Shown here: positions 37,653 through 50,000 of the stretch, one piece after another
Position numbering within the stretch: position 1 is the first letter of the stretch
How the letters are laid out: every line of letters begins with the position of its first letter
Made by a program: the position numbers and the translations under genes
Assembly: GCF_030028105.1 (NCBI RefSeq)
Contig: NC_092396.1
Location: 15,955,820-16,019,819 of the forward strand
DNA from: Mobula birostris
Taxonomy: Eukaryota
Direction of reading: 5' to 3'
Length of the DNA stretch: 64,000 nucleotides
The notes under the pieces: model-generated
The model's input: only the letters and a program-made list of their open reading frames with translations
Databases searched by the model: none
Told to the model about the DNA's origin: nothing

Positions 37653-38381
37653 CCCGCCAGCTCATGTTTAAGAATGAACGCCGGCCGCTTTTTTTTACCA
37701 GCTCCATAAAGACAATGAAGTATTTGTCCCGGTCGCTGCCCATAAACTCACTGCTGCCTCGTCACAGCCCCCTTTCAGCTCTTTGCCTGCCCTCAGTGTG
37801 ATGTTAATGCGGCTCACTGGGGCTTTCTCGCCCATTCATAACCCTACCGACCTTTATGTCTCCAATCAAACTCGAGTGATTTAAACAAGCTCTGGGAGAG
37901 TCCATTGAAATCGTGTTTGGTCTCAAAGGCTTGTCGCGTGCCAACCCCTCTCTCACCCTGCTCCCAAAAGCTGCCTCCTCTTTACCCACTCGGGATTTTT
38001 CTTGCGGTATCGAATCGATTGGTCGCGAGATGCTCCCACGTTTGTTGTGCACCCCGGGATGGTGACTTGTTCTCTCTCTGTGGCCACGGAATTGGGGCCG
38101 TGGGAGCTCAATGGGACGGAGGCGTTTCTGCGATTTTCCTCGCTGCGAGGTGCCGTCCTGGCTGAAGGCTGTTGTCAGGGACTTGGTCACATTTAATATG
38201 GTAAACGGGGGCCCCGTCGATTCGCTCCGGCTCAGCAAATTGTTCCTTTTATTTCGCAGTAATGAAAACAGTTTCTTTGAACTCGTTAGAACGTGACACT
38301 CAGTCCGTGTCCGAATCCTAGAGAGAGAGAGACTGAGCCACCGGCTGAAGCCTCCGAATTACGACTCAGGTCAGAGGCAGA
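37653..38381 (+). repeat. Conserved non-coding block A, copy 3
   Basis: Same core as A1/A2; lacks the 11-bp segment (junction 37924/37925); shares a 3' extension of about 140 bp with copy 4. Confidence 0.95.
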
Positions 38382-39329
38382 GAACGATATTCACAGCTAC
38401 TGTCCCTGTTATATATTTTCTCCAAACATTTCTCGGGGTTTAGCGAGGGACGGGCACATCATACACTTGTAACACGAGTATACAAGAGGCTGCAGATGCC
38501 AGAATCTGGAGAACAAGCTGTTTCCTGGGGGAACTCAATAGGTCGAGCAACATCTGTGGGAAAGAGAGAGAGAAATTGTCGATTTTACGTGTCGAGACTC
38601 GAGCCTGATGCACCGACTCTATCCAAAACGTCGACACCCCACCCCACCCCACAGATGCTGCTCAATCTGCTGAGTTCCTCTCGCCGATTGTTTGTTCCAC
38701 AATGAAATAGCTTAGAAATCTGTTGGAACGAAAATGCAGAAATTACTGAAAGGTCATTTCATCAACTTTATATTCGATATTTCAATAGGTTTCAATAGCA
38801 CATTTAATGTATCATTGTACATTGTATCATTTTTAATGCACGCATTTCTAAATGACAATAAACGAAGACTGAGTGTCCTCATAATCTAATCTAATGTCAG
38901 AGAATGAAGTCAAGCGTGCAGCAAAGACACTGACTTGCAGTACCCCAAAGACTACTCGTTCACCCGGTAATTCGACATACCGCAGGCTCTCTCTCTTCCT
39001 AATAAGGGAAAAAGTGGTATCCCCGTTTCACATCTAGAGGGGCGACATAACAAAACAACTCGCTGATTTATGGTGTTAAAAGTCTGTTGTGTCGGTTTTT
39101 TTCCGAGCTCTGTGCCCAAAGAACTCGGGCCTCTGGGCACACAGCCAGCAACCAGCTCGCTGCTTACAATCTTCGGCCTTCCGTGACCCATCAGGCGGCG
39201 GCGGCACCGGCCCTAAATCCGCCCGTCTCCAGAGTCTCGAAAATCCGGCACCCTGAAGGCGCGCTCGTCTTCCAGGCCGCATCCTTGGCATAACCCCCTG
39301 TTGTCTTGTGGCTGAAATGGTTGCCACAA

Positions 39330-40110
39330 GAGGACACAGGGTTAAGGTACTGGGAAGTAGGTACAGAGGAGGTGTCAGGGGTAAGTTTTCTTACGCAGAG
39401 TGGTGAGTGCATGGAATGGGCTGCCGGCAACGGTGGTGGAGGTGGTTACAATAGGGTCTTTTAAGAGACTTGTGGATAGGTACATGGAGCTTAGAAAAAT
39501 AGAGGGCTATGGCTAAGCCTAATAATTTCTAAGGTAGGGACATGTTCGGCACAACTTTGTGGGCCGAAGGGTCTGTATTGGGCTGTAGGTTCTCTATGTT
39601 TCCATGTTTCTATATTTCTATAACTTCACCTAAGTTGCATTCAATCATGCAACTGTTTACCGCTAAGGAAAATCATTCGGGCCTGCATTGTCTCGGAAAG
39701 GTCTTTGAGCAGGCAACGGCATTAGACGTAACCTCCACAAGTCCAAGAAGCTGTACCTCATAAAGACAGCGTCCATTATAAAGGACTCGCATCACCCAGG
39801 ACATGCTTTCTGCTCATTGCTACCGTCAGGAAGGAAGTACAGAAGCCTGAAGGCACACACTCAGCGATTCAGAAACAGCTTCTTCCCCTCTGCCATCCGA
39901 TTTCTAAATGGACATTGAACCCATGAACACTATGTCACTTTTTAAATAGTATTTCTGTTTTGCCTATTTTAATTTAACTATTTAATATACAGATATTTAC
40001 TTACTGTAATCGATTTGTTTTATTTTCCATATTATCATATATTGCATTGTACTGCTGTCACTAAGTTAACAAATTTCATGACATACGCCGATGCTATTAA
40101 ACCTGGTTGT
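39330..40110 (+). mobile_element. CR1 3' end followed by Rex1 3' tail
   Basis: ttttcttacgcagagtggtgagtgcatggaatggg CR1 end; Rex-type tail 39740-40110. Confidence 0.7.
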
Positions 40111-41230
40111 GTAACACCGGAGGAACATAGCAGGCCAGGCAGCATCTATACAAAGGGATAGTGAATCGACGTTTCGGGTGAGACCCTTCACCAGAAATGG
40201 AAAGGAAGGGGGAAGATGCCAGGATAAGAAAGTGGTGGATGAAGCCGGGAGAGGAGGAAGGTAGGAGGGTGGGGTGGGGGAATGAAGTGAGAAACTGGGA
40301 AGCGGTAAATCGTTGAAGAAGAAGAAATCTGATGGAGAGGACAGTAGTCCGTGGGAGAAAGGGGTTCGAACATCCCCGGGTTTTCCTCAGCCTCTTACCT
40401 TTACAGGCCCAGTTTCCATTTGAAGCTGCCCACCATTACATCCAGTCTATTCCAGAACATAATACACAGGATGTAAAAGAAACAAACCTCATCGCCTCTA
40501 GCCTAATTTCCCCTCCTCCACACTGTTTTTCTCTAACTATTTGTCAAAGATTCATGATGTTTAGCAGAACATTAACCAATTTAACAATACTAGCATCAAC
40601 GCAGTATGGGTATGATCCCTAGATAACCTCCTCCCATTTTCACCGATTGCAGTGTTAGAATGGAAGTGATTATTAAAGTTTGCGTGGATTAGACTTCCTT
40701 TCTTGGGAACCAAAGGAAGACTTAATTGAGATATAAAAGTTATGGAAGGCCTCGATATCAGGTCTATTCCCAAAGAAACGCATTATTTTATTTTAAAATA
40801 GCTGATAAAATGATTTGGGGAACCAAGAGGATATTTTTCATCCATATTTTTGTAGGGTCTGGAAGTCCCTGTTTGAAAAAAAATGGCAGAGCGTCTCATT
40901 ACATGAAAATAGTTTGGATGTGTACTTGCACGGTTGTAATCTGAAGGATGACGGATTTAATGCTGGGATGTGGGATTAGATTGAACAAATCTTCGACCGG
41001 CCGGAACTCGACGGTCCGAATGGTCTCATTTGATGGCTCCATGATTATAACGGAAGGCAGAATGGTGACAGCGTGACTGCCCAGCTCCTCTGCAGAAGTT
41101 TACTCTTATAGCACCGTGACCAGATCCACAGTGAATATATTAAACGCGGGATGATAGCAAAGGGAAATACCTGGACACAACCCCGCCTCCCCCCACCGCC
41201 TTGCCGGATATATTCATTAGTCAAATAGCT

Positions 41231-41473
41231 GCAACTCATACGGTGGGGGGGGGGGGGAATTGGGCAAGTTCTGTTCATCTGCGGGTCAGTGTACTGTGTG
41301 TGAAGTGATGATAAATGGAGACGCTTGCGTAAAAGTAAACCCGAAGCCTCGCTGGGAGCGCTGCCATTTAGTGGTGTGGGAAAGGCAGAAAGCGCTAATA
41401 ACCGTAACACGGAGAATCTAAACGGGACCTTCTTCCCCCGCAGACAGCTGACGTTTCTCCTTTCGGTTCATCG
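41231..41473 (+). repeat. Conserved non-coding block C, copy 2
   Basis: Homologous to 26231-26471; TGTGGGAA at 41375-41382. Confidence 0.9.
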
Positions 41474-42213
41474 CCCCCTCTCTGTCTAGGCACAAAGAAA
41501 CCTGGCCCTGTGAAATGTCCAAGCCGTCTAGAGGCGGGTGGGAAGAGGGCAGAAGAGCCCCAGGTGCAATAAGCCATCTCCAGGATGGGGATGGTCGGTT
41601 AATGGTCGCGAATGTAATGCAGTTTGACTGGATCTTGCCGTGCTCAAATCGGCTCCAGTCGTTTTCTAAATTACAGGAGTCACTGCTCTCCAAAAGTACT
41701 TGACTGTAAAAAGCACTTTGGACGTGCTAACGTTGTGAAAGGCGTTATAGACATGCTAATTATTCCTCAAGCCTGTGCAGAAATAAACAAGACTCTTTTA
41801 CATAAAACAGGAGGAATGTTTTCGACTGCATTTGTCAGTATTTGTTATTACCGTAGGAACAGCAAGGACAGGACATTCAGCCTTTGAGGGGGCACCGCCA
41901 TTCAAGAGGAAATTGTCTCTTCTAATTTGAATGGAAATCTGATTTCTACATATTAATTAACACCTCAGATCATCCTGATTCTCGCCTTTGTTAGCAGTAA
42001 TGGTCTCACTTGTTGATCTAACGTACTGGAATTTAGCGAGGCCAACGTTCATTCATCGCGGATTTTCCCAGAGTAAACTCATTCTCTGTTAATGGGGCAC
42101 CTGCGCGATCACGCACAATGCCGAGGGGCTATTGGAAATCATGAACGCACAAGCAAGCTCTTTCCGTGAGTTTTCGAAGGGTAAATGTTTCCAAATTGTA
42201 CTGTGGCGGGGGA

Positions 42214-42494
42214 ACAGTGGAAACGGGAGGGTCGCGGGGAGCTGGGGTCAGTTGTGAGATCTCAGAGCAGAATTGAGATTGTGTCCGAACATTGCGACAG
42301 TTAACGCGGCGCTGGCTTTGAGAACGGAGCGTGAAACGGATTTGCCATTTACTACAGAGCGAGAAATGAGCTTTGAATAGTACTCCCACTACGCCAGCAT
42401 CCTATCGCCCTGTCACCCACACACACTGAGCAACAGCAATTTTTCGCTTAATTTTCCGCTGTGGGAGGGACGCCGCCGCCCAAGCTGCGGATCT
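42214..42494 (+). repeat. Conserved non-coding block B, copy 3
   Basis: Homologous to B1/B2/B4; tail cagcaatttttcgcttaattttccgctgtgggaggga identical to inverted B4. Confidence 0.9.
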
Positions 42495-42544
42495 AGAGGA
42501 CGCACTCAGTTTTTGACCTAAACTGTCCAAAGTTACAGTTAAGT

Positions 42545-42990
42545 AATATAAGACTGTAAGATACAGCAACAGAATTAGGCCATTGTGGCCCATCGAGTCT
42601 GCTTCGCCATTACATCATGGGTGATCCAGCCTTCCTCTCAGCCCCAGTCTCCTGCCTTTTCCCTGTATCCCTTCATGCCCTGACCAATCAAGAATCTATC
42701 AGCCTCCGCCTTGAATATACATAAAGACTTGGCCTCCACAGCTGCCTGTGGCAAAGAATTCCACAGATCCACCACTCTCTGGTTAAAGAAATTCCTCATC
42801 TCCATTGTAAAAGGACGCCCCTCTATTCTGAGGTTGTGTCCTCTGGTCTTAGACACCCACCACCATAGGAAACGCCCTCTCCACATCCACTCTATCAAGA
42901 CCTTTCACCATTCGATAGGTTTCAATGATGTCACCTCTCATTCTTCTGAATTGCAGTGAATACAGGCCCAGAGCCATCAAACGTCATCAT
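42545..42990 (-). mobile_element. CR1 LINE 3' end
   Basis: ORF 42638-42898 with TRGHNLRI...FFNQRVVDLWNSLPQAAVEA. Confidence 0.85.
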
Positions 42991-45900
42991 ATAGACAATC
43001 AACGGACGGAGAAAACAACACTCCGGGACTGTTTTCTTTTTATTTTTTAAAAAAACTTTCAGATCAAAGGAGTGAGGTTGACAACGTAAACTCAAACTGT
43101 CTGGGAAACAAACATAACCCACTATGCTCGCAAACTCAGACAAAGTCCTCCAAAGTTCCGAAGCCACCATTTAAAATCAAACTTTGCTGCATTCACGGTC
43201 AGAATTGGCGATGGACTAAATACAAATTCCACAGTGGACCACTACTGTGATCTCTGCTGTTCACTGGCTCATGGTAGAAAAGTGTCCTCCCCCTCCTTTC
43301 ATTTATTTAATCTCATTCCAATAGACCCCTCATCCTTTCTCTTCTCCTCTTCCGCCCTCATAATCTGCCTTTCGTTTCCCTCTGATTCCCCACCTCCTTC
43401 CATTTATTCCATGCTCCACTGTCTTCTCCCATCAGATTCCTTCTTCAGCCTTTTGACTCTTCCACTTATCACTTCCCAGCTTCTTCCATCATTCCATTTC
43501 ATCCATTCTGTCCCACTCATCGACCCCCCCCCCAACCTGGTCTTACCTGCCAACTTGAGCTGAATCCCCCTCCCCCGCTACCCTTTGTTATTCTGTCTTC
43601 TGCCCTCTCCCTTTCCTGTTCTGATGAAAGGTTTCGACTCGAAACGTCTACTCTTTATTCCTTTCCACAGATGCTGTTTGACCTGCTGAGTTCCTCCAGC
43701 ATTTTGTGTGCTGCTCCGCAGCGTTCACCGTGCCTCTTCGCGTCGCAACCCCTCTTCTCTCCGCATGCTCTCACTCTGACCACTGCTTTCTTTGAGGTTT
43801 GGAGTGATCCCGAGTACCCACACTCAAAGTTTATGCTCCCAGGCTGACCCTCGGGATGAAGGATAACTGGTTCTACTCCATTTCTGTGGATTTAGATGTC
43901 TGATAAGATCAGTTTGGGGCCTATGGCTCTACCATAACCGGGCAGGAAATGGTTGATAAGGGTGGGAGTCGTAGGTTAAAAGTGACGTATTATTTGCCAT
44001 TTAACATTCTATGTTCTTGAACCACAGACTCGGAGCTCTCAATGACAAACAAATATTCCTTCTTCATCCCAGGAGTTGGTGAGAGATGTGGCTTCTTTAT
44101 TCAAAGAGGCGTTGAGAGTATCCTCGTGAAGTTTCCTTTGACTTCCCGGTAATCTCGTGCCAGTGGTGAATCTATGCCCTGCCCAATGGAGATGACATTC
44201 TCTTCGCTGCAGATATTGACTTGGGACCTGAGCCAATCCTGACACTGTTTTGATATGTTGCGGGGCAGAGTTGGTGAATCTTTCCGAGAATCAGCGGCAC
44301 CTGCTTTAAGTAGTCCAGTTCGCAGAGGGAACCACAGCTGCCTGCACGCCTTTTCTATCGGTCAAAGGCTTTGCCAATTCACTGAAGCTCATAGTAAATT
44401 TCATCTCCAATACCTGCCCTTAATGAGAGTTGGCAGCTGAGATATAGGAAATGCTCTCCACTCTCCAGGGTCTCGTTGTCAGAGGGTGGTTTTGTACACC
44501 AGAACAAATTAGTTGAGAACCCTTAATTTGCGGATGTTGGGCTCAGATCGACCGAAGCATTCAAGATTGAGGCGACAGCGTCCAAGTGGTAAAAGTGGTG
44601 AACGTGCGGTTACGAGCATAATTCAATCCCCCTTTCTTCCATTCCCCACTCTGGTTCCCCTCTTGCCTCTTCTCTTTTCCTCACCTGCCTATCATCTCCC
44701 CCTAGGGCCCCTCCTCCTTCACTTTCTCCTACGGTCCACTCTCCTATCCTATTAGATTCATTCTTCTTCAGCTTTTTGCCTTTTCCACTTATCACCACCC
44801 CCTCCTCCAACCACCGACCACCCGCTCACCTGGTTTCACCTAACACCTTCAGCTTGTGCTCCTTCCCCCATCCCCCTTCTTATTTTGGTTTCTTCCCCGT
44901 TCCTTTCCAGTCCTGATGAAGGGTCTCGGCCCGAAGTGTCGATTGTTGATTCCCTTCTACAGATGCTGCTTAACCTGTTGAGTTCCTCCAGCACAGGATT
45001 TCCAGCATCTACAGAATCTCTTGTGCTGCTCCGTATGTGCGGTTTGGTTCTATATGGGAGCGCTTTGTTCTTGCGATGAGCGTGGCGAGTAGAGAGGAAG
45101 TAGGAATTGTCCATTAATGGCTATTGTTGTGTCAATGATTAACCGCACCAATTATTCCTCTTTAGATAGTTCATGAAATGCCGCATTTGCCCAGCGGGGC
45201 TGTCCATGATCCACTATAAAAGCTTACAGAGCTTTGTACGTTTTATTGTTCACTTCGGATCCTGTGCATTAGGTGTAACATAATAAACCCCTGGAATTTC
45301 CCATTCATCGCCACAAGAGGAAGATCGTCCATAAAAAAACCAATCGAATGAAGCCCCAAGAAGAATCCAGATTACAAACGACCTCTCTTCATTTATGGTC
45401 CAATTTAACACCTATCAGTTCCAACAAGGATTCGGTCCCCTGTCCAAAGGTCTTAATGTATATTGTGCCACTTTTTACTCGCGTGAAATCCTTGGAATAT
45501 TTGGTGACATTGGAAGAGCCATGCAAGAAAAAGTTGATTAAATACAACGCAAATTCATATTTACATTTCTCATTGGCTGGCCACGTCTCATGGATTGTTG
45601 GGGTCACTTCCAGGTTCTGTCAAATATAGTGACCGACCATTCCACGCTCCACGCTCAGCCAACCCCGCTGAACCCTCAGCCCCAGTGCTGGCGATGCAGA
45701 GTTTGCACGTTCTGGCGACAACCACGTGGGGGTGCCTGGGTCTCCGGCTTCCCCCCGCAACCCAAAGGTCGTGAGGTCAATGAGCTACTCTAAATTATCC
45801 CCAGTGTAGGCAGCTGTCCGGAGAATCGGAGGGAGCTGAGTCTGAGTCCGCTATGTTAAACCATCTTGCCAACCCAGCACACAGCCTCGGCGCACATGTC

Positions 45901-46695
45901 CTGACAAACTAAGCGCATCAGCAGCTGTCTGAGAATTGCACGCTCGCTCTGCGTTGTGCAACGGAGGGTGCCGAAATCGGACATTCATGCGAATCACAAT
46001 GGGATCTATCATTTTCATGAGGCAAAAAGAAACTATGCTTATACTTGCCAAATGTTATAACTTGGCAGAACCAGCGGCAGAAGGTCTAGTTAGCCCTGCT
46101 GCTCCCAGAATGTGAGGGAGGGCAGCCGAAGAAGAATCAGTCACACTTCCCATCTCTGACTGCTACACAGTGACTCCGGCTGCGAATCGGCCTCCTTGCG
46201 ATGCAGTTCATAATCGACCGCTGAGGCCAAAAAAAAATCTGTGAAAAACGTTCATTAACAGTAACGAATTGATTTATTTAAATCGACTGCTATTTTACAC
46301 AAGTACATTGAAATTGTGTTGGGAAATTCGATATGGCCCAATTATTCTGCGAGGCTGTTTGTGCTTCTGATTAACAACATCCCGCGACTTCATCTCATTT
46401 GTTTCATTCCACTTCCTTCCTGCCGCATTGGTATTTGTACCTAATCACAAACAAGAGAAAATCTGCAGATGCTGGAAATCCAAGTAACACACACGATTTG
46501 TCCTGCTGAAGGGTCTCGGCCCGAAACGTCGACTGTACTCTTTTTCATAGGTGCTGCCTGGCCTGCTGAGTTCCTCCAGCATTTTGTGTGCGGTGCACGT
46601 ACCTACTCGACTTTCCAACTTAACCAAGGCATTCCTTAAAACACTTTTAACTGTTAGTATCATATTCACTCTAATCTACCCCGTCGATCTATATA

Positions 46696-46852
46696 NNNNN
46701 NNNNNNNNNNNNNNNNNNNNNNNNNNNNNNNNNNNNNNNNNNNNNNNNNNNNNNNNNNNNNNNNNNNNNNNNNNNNNNNNNNNNNNNNNNNNNNNNNNNN
46801 NNNNNNNNNNNNNNNNNNNNNNNNNNNNNNNNNNNNNNNNNNNNNNNNNNNN
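46696..46852. other. Assembly gap (157 N)
   Basis: Run of N. Confidence 1.
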
Positions 46853-47361
46853 TGCTTAGTTTTCCTGTGAGCTTGTTTATATCACAAAACAGTTAAAAAG
46901 TACTGACTGCAGAAAAATCGTTGAATAAAGGCATTTTTAGTGTGCTCCTTCCATAGGGCTGATAAATATGTGTAAAATGCACAGTCTCATTATTCTCTTC
47001 TAGCAAGTAACCAGTAACTATACTTAATATAACAATGAGAATCAGATGGATCGTGCACGACCTGATGATGATCCAGTCGATTTCTAGGAGGGACAATCGG
47101 GTTTCTTCTCCGCTTGTTATAAATGAGTGGGTTATTTCGGAAGTTAACTCCAACACACATTAGGGAGACAGGCGAATTTTCAGAATTAGACACAGTAGTG
47201 TTTTATTGCAGATCTGTATAATTCCCTGATTTTAAGTTCGCCAGCTGATTAGTTAAGGTCTGGGCGGGGTGGGTGTGGGGGTCCTAACCCAGTACCATCG
47301 CTACCGGGTCTGTTGATCATGGAAAGATAAAAGCCCGAAGCGCAATCTAAACAATACAACC

Positions 47362-47367
47362 TTTATT
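47362..47367 (-). terminator. Putative HES3 polyadenylation signal AATAAA
   Basis: TTTATT on + strand about 140 nt downstream of the HES3 stop codon. Confidence 0.6.
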
Positions 47368-47504
47368 CCATTCCGATATAGAAATAATATTGCAACGCTT
47401 TTTTTTCGCACAATGCACTTACATACACTTATATACACAAAGCTACAAAGGAAATCACAGAACTATGTTAATGTATACTATGTACATCTCAGGGGATGAA
47501 GCAG

Positions 47505-48001
47505 CTACCAAGGCCGCCAAAGGGTTTCTGAGTCAGGACAAAGTACAAGGTTGGTGGTAGTTTTAGTATCAATGCTGATGGCTGGACTTCTCTTTTCCTT
47601 TGCTGGGGTTTCGGGGCTGGATTTCTGTTCACTCGACGTGACTTCAGCCACTCGTCTCTGGCTGCTGCGTCGAGCCAAGGAAGGGGAGGGAGGAGGAGGT
47701 TTGCCCGAGCGGCCGGTTGGGACGGTGGGCTCGCTGGGTGGCGGAATCGACGGGCTTAATGAAGCCTGCACTGAGTGAAGCCGGGTTGACGGAGAAACTT
47801 CAAACCGACAGCCGCTGTCCGCCGTGCTGAAACCAGAAGCCGAAAAGACGGGAAAAGCGTTTACCAAGTGGTTCAGCACTTCCAGTCGCAGGTGTTCGTC
47901 TGTACTTTTGCTTCGCAGCAGGTACTGACTGACCCCGTTCAAGCAGCTTCTGAATCCTGCCTGGTATTCCGCCACACCATCCTGCGACAACACCAGGGCC
48001 C
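47505..48001 (-). CDS. HES3: HES3/her3 exon 4 (Orange domain, P/S-rich region, WRPW, stop)
   Basis: Acceptor ttttcag; phase-compatible with exon 3. (G)ALVLSQDGVAEYQAGFRSCLNGVSQYLL...SETLWRPW*. Joined CDS 72+96+82+497=747 nt, 248 aa. Confidence 0.92.
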
Positions 48002-48699
48002 CTGAAAACACAAATACAATCAGCGAGGTCAACTGGATGAGGATCGCCAGTAATTTTCTAACTATAGCGTTTCATACTTTACCGATGCTTTATACGTTTA
48101 TTTTCCAATTTATTTTTCCACTGTTTCTTTTAAATATCAACTTACACGTTCCCTCCGTCCGCACTGTTTGCTATTGCGATAACGCATAGTCCAATACAGA
48201 GGGAGGTCAGGCACTCAAGTGTGTTAACCTTCCTTTTTCTGAACGCCTCAGCCACATCACCACCAACCCCCAGTCCAAATCCCGCTTCTTCTGCTTCGGA
48301 CACTCAAGCCATCTACTTAACCTCCTTCTTCTACTACGTCACCCACATCTCGACCCTTCCATCTCCACCTCTTCGCATTCCATGCGCCCAACACCATCCC
48401 CGTTCGCGTATCTCCGTTAATTTCAATGCAGCGGAGCGGCGCATTTTGGTGGCCTTGTAAAGGGTTGACGGCTTTGGGGGAAGACAAAGGTCAACTAATT
48501 GGTCAAAGATTATTTTAAATTAAATTACACTATAGTAAATAAAATTTATCCTGCAGGGAATTCGGCGTTGAAAATTAGTAATCATCGCATTTACATTTGG
48601 AGATACCCAGGGTTTTTGCATCAACCTTCCGATGACGTTGGCAGAGCTCTGAATCCCACCTTCCTCCTTCCCTTCTTTTCCTTTCCCTCTCCCTCCCCT

Positions 48700-48784
48700 C
48701 CTACACACACACACTCTCTCTCTCTCTCATACACACAGGCAGACAACACACACACACAGAAACAGACAGACAGACAGACAGACA

Positions 48785-48836
<52 letters not shown>
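48700..48836. repeat. Compound microsatellite (CA)n/(CT)n/(GACA)n in HES3 intron 3
   Basis: Directly visible; a second (CT)n(CA)n tract lies at about 49210-49310. Confidence 0.95.
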
Positions 48837-48839
<3 letters not shown>

Positions 48840-49260
48840 TTACTCATTCTCTCTCAGCCCATCCAAGGAAAGAGGGTGCTATTTTGCTGTTATTGAAGGG
48901 AGTCAATTACCAGGGACACGAAATGGAATTGAGACACAGATCTCATCGAATGATGGTGCCCTGACTCAAATTTAACTGTACATCTTACCGCGCAACAACA
49001 ACACATGAAGTTTGCGATAAAGTTCCATCAGTTTGGGATGAAAGAGAAATATCACTGGAAATTATGATTCTTTCGCATGGAGGCCGGGAAGGGTCTGGAG
49101 CTCACTTGGTGGAAGGAGCTGGAATAAGGCCGGGCAGCATTTTTTTTCGGCCAGTTCAGTGGAGCCGATATGTGTCGATTCCACTAGACGTTACATCCAC
49201 ACCTACCACCGCTCTCTCTCTCACACACACATACTCTCTCTTTCTTTCTATCTCTCTCTT

Positions 49261-49309
<49 letters not shown>

Positions 49310-49341
49310 AACCACCACCCACTGAGGGTGATAAGGCCTAC

Positions 49342-49423
49342 CTTGTCGAGAACTCTGCAAATCCCTCAGATGTTTGACTGTTAATTCCAGGATGTCGGCC
49401 TTTTCCAGTTTGCGCTTCCTGAT
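49342..49423 (-). CDS. HES3: HES3/her3 exon 3 (loop and helix 2)
   Basis: IRKRKLEKADILELTVKHLRDLQSSRQ(G); cag acceptor, GTAGG donor. IRKRKLEKADILEL is characteristic of the HES3 subfamily. Confidence 0.93.
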
Positions 49424-49728
49424 CTGTTCGGGATATAATAGTGGGTACAACATTTAAACAAAGCACACCGGAGGTGGGAGTGATAAATACCGAGAAATAA
49501 AGCATCCGAGCAAAAGTACAACACTCCAAGAGTTACAGACAGAAGGCAAGAGACTGGGGCTGAGAGAAAAATGGATCAGCCATAATGAAATGGCAGAACA
49601 GACGCGATGGGCCACAAATGGCCCAGTTCTGCTTCAAAATATTTTGGTTTAAGTTTACAAAGCACTTGGGCAAATGCCCATCCCCGCGGGACGGCCGTGA
49701 GAAAGATGTTCACAGTTTAAAATCTCAC

Positions 49729-49824
49729 ATTGTTGGAGTAGTGTTCTTCCAATAACGTCTTCAGCTGCTCCAGACATTCGTTGATCCGGGCTCTTCTTTT
49801 TTTCTCCATCAAAGGCTTCGAAAT
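49729..49824 (-). CDS. HES3: HES3/her3 exon 2 (basic region and helix 1)
   Basis: ISKPLMEKKRRARINECLEQLKTLLEEHYSNN; tttccag acceptor, GTGAGA donor; 96 nt. Confidence 0.93.
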
Positions 49825-49928
49825 CTGGAAACAATAAAAACGTTTACATGCTTTGCAATTTTCACAAATTAATACTTCGAAAGGAGACACCGCGGAAGTC
49901 GAACAATTCCGTTAAATTTCGTTCCCAC

Positions 49929-50000
49929 CTTTCGATAGCTGCACGCTTGTGCGGTGAGCGAGAGCTGGAACCGTCCCACCGGCTTGTTTGTATTTTTCAT
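49929..50000 (-). CDS. HES3: HES3/her3 exon 1
   Basis: ATG at 50000, MKNTNKPVGRFQLSLTAQACSYRK, AAG|GTGGGA donor in phase 0 with exon 2; about 120 nt downstream of a TATA box. Confidence 0.8.

Noticed and set aside
23090-46695. hes5/hes3 pseudogene remnants downstream of B1-B3
   Set aside because: No bHLH, Orange or WRPW coding traces found by eye or in the ORF track; very decayed remnants cannot be excluded without TBLASTN.
46551-46859. 102-aa ORF
   Set aside because: Artefact: a Penelope fragment read through the N gap.
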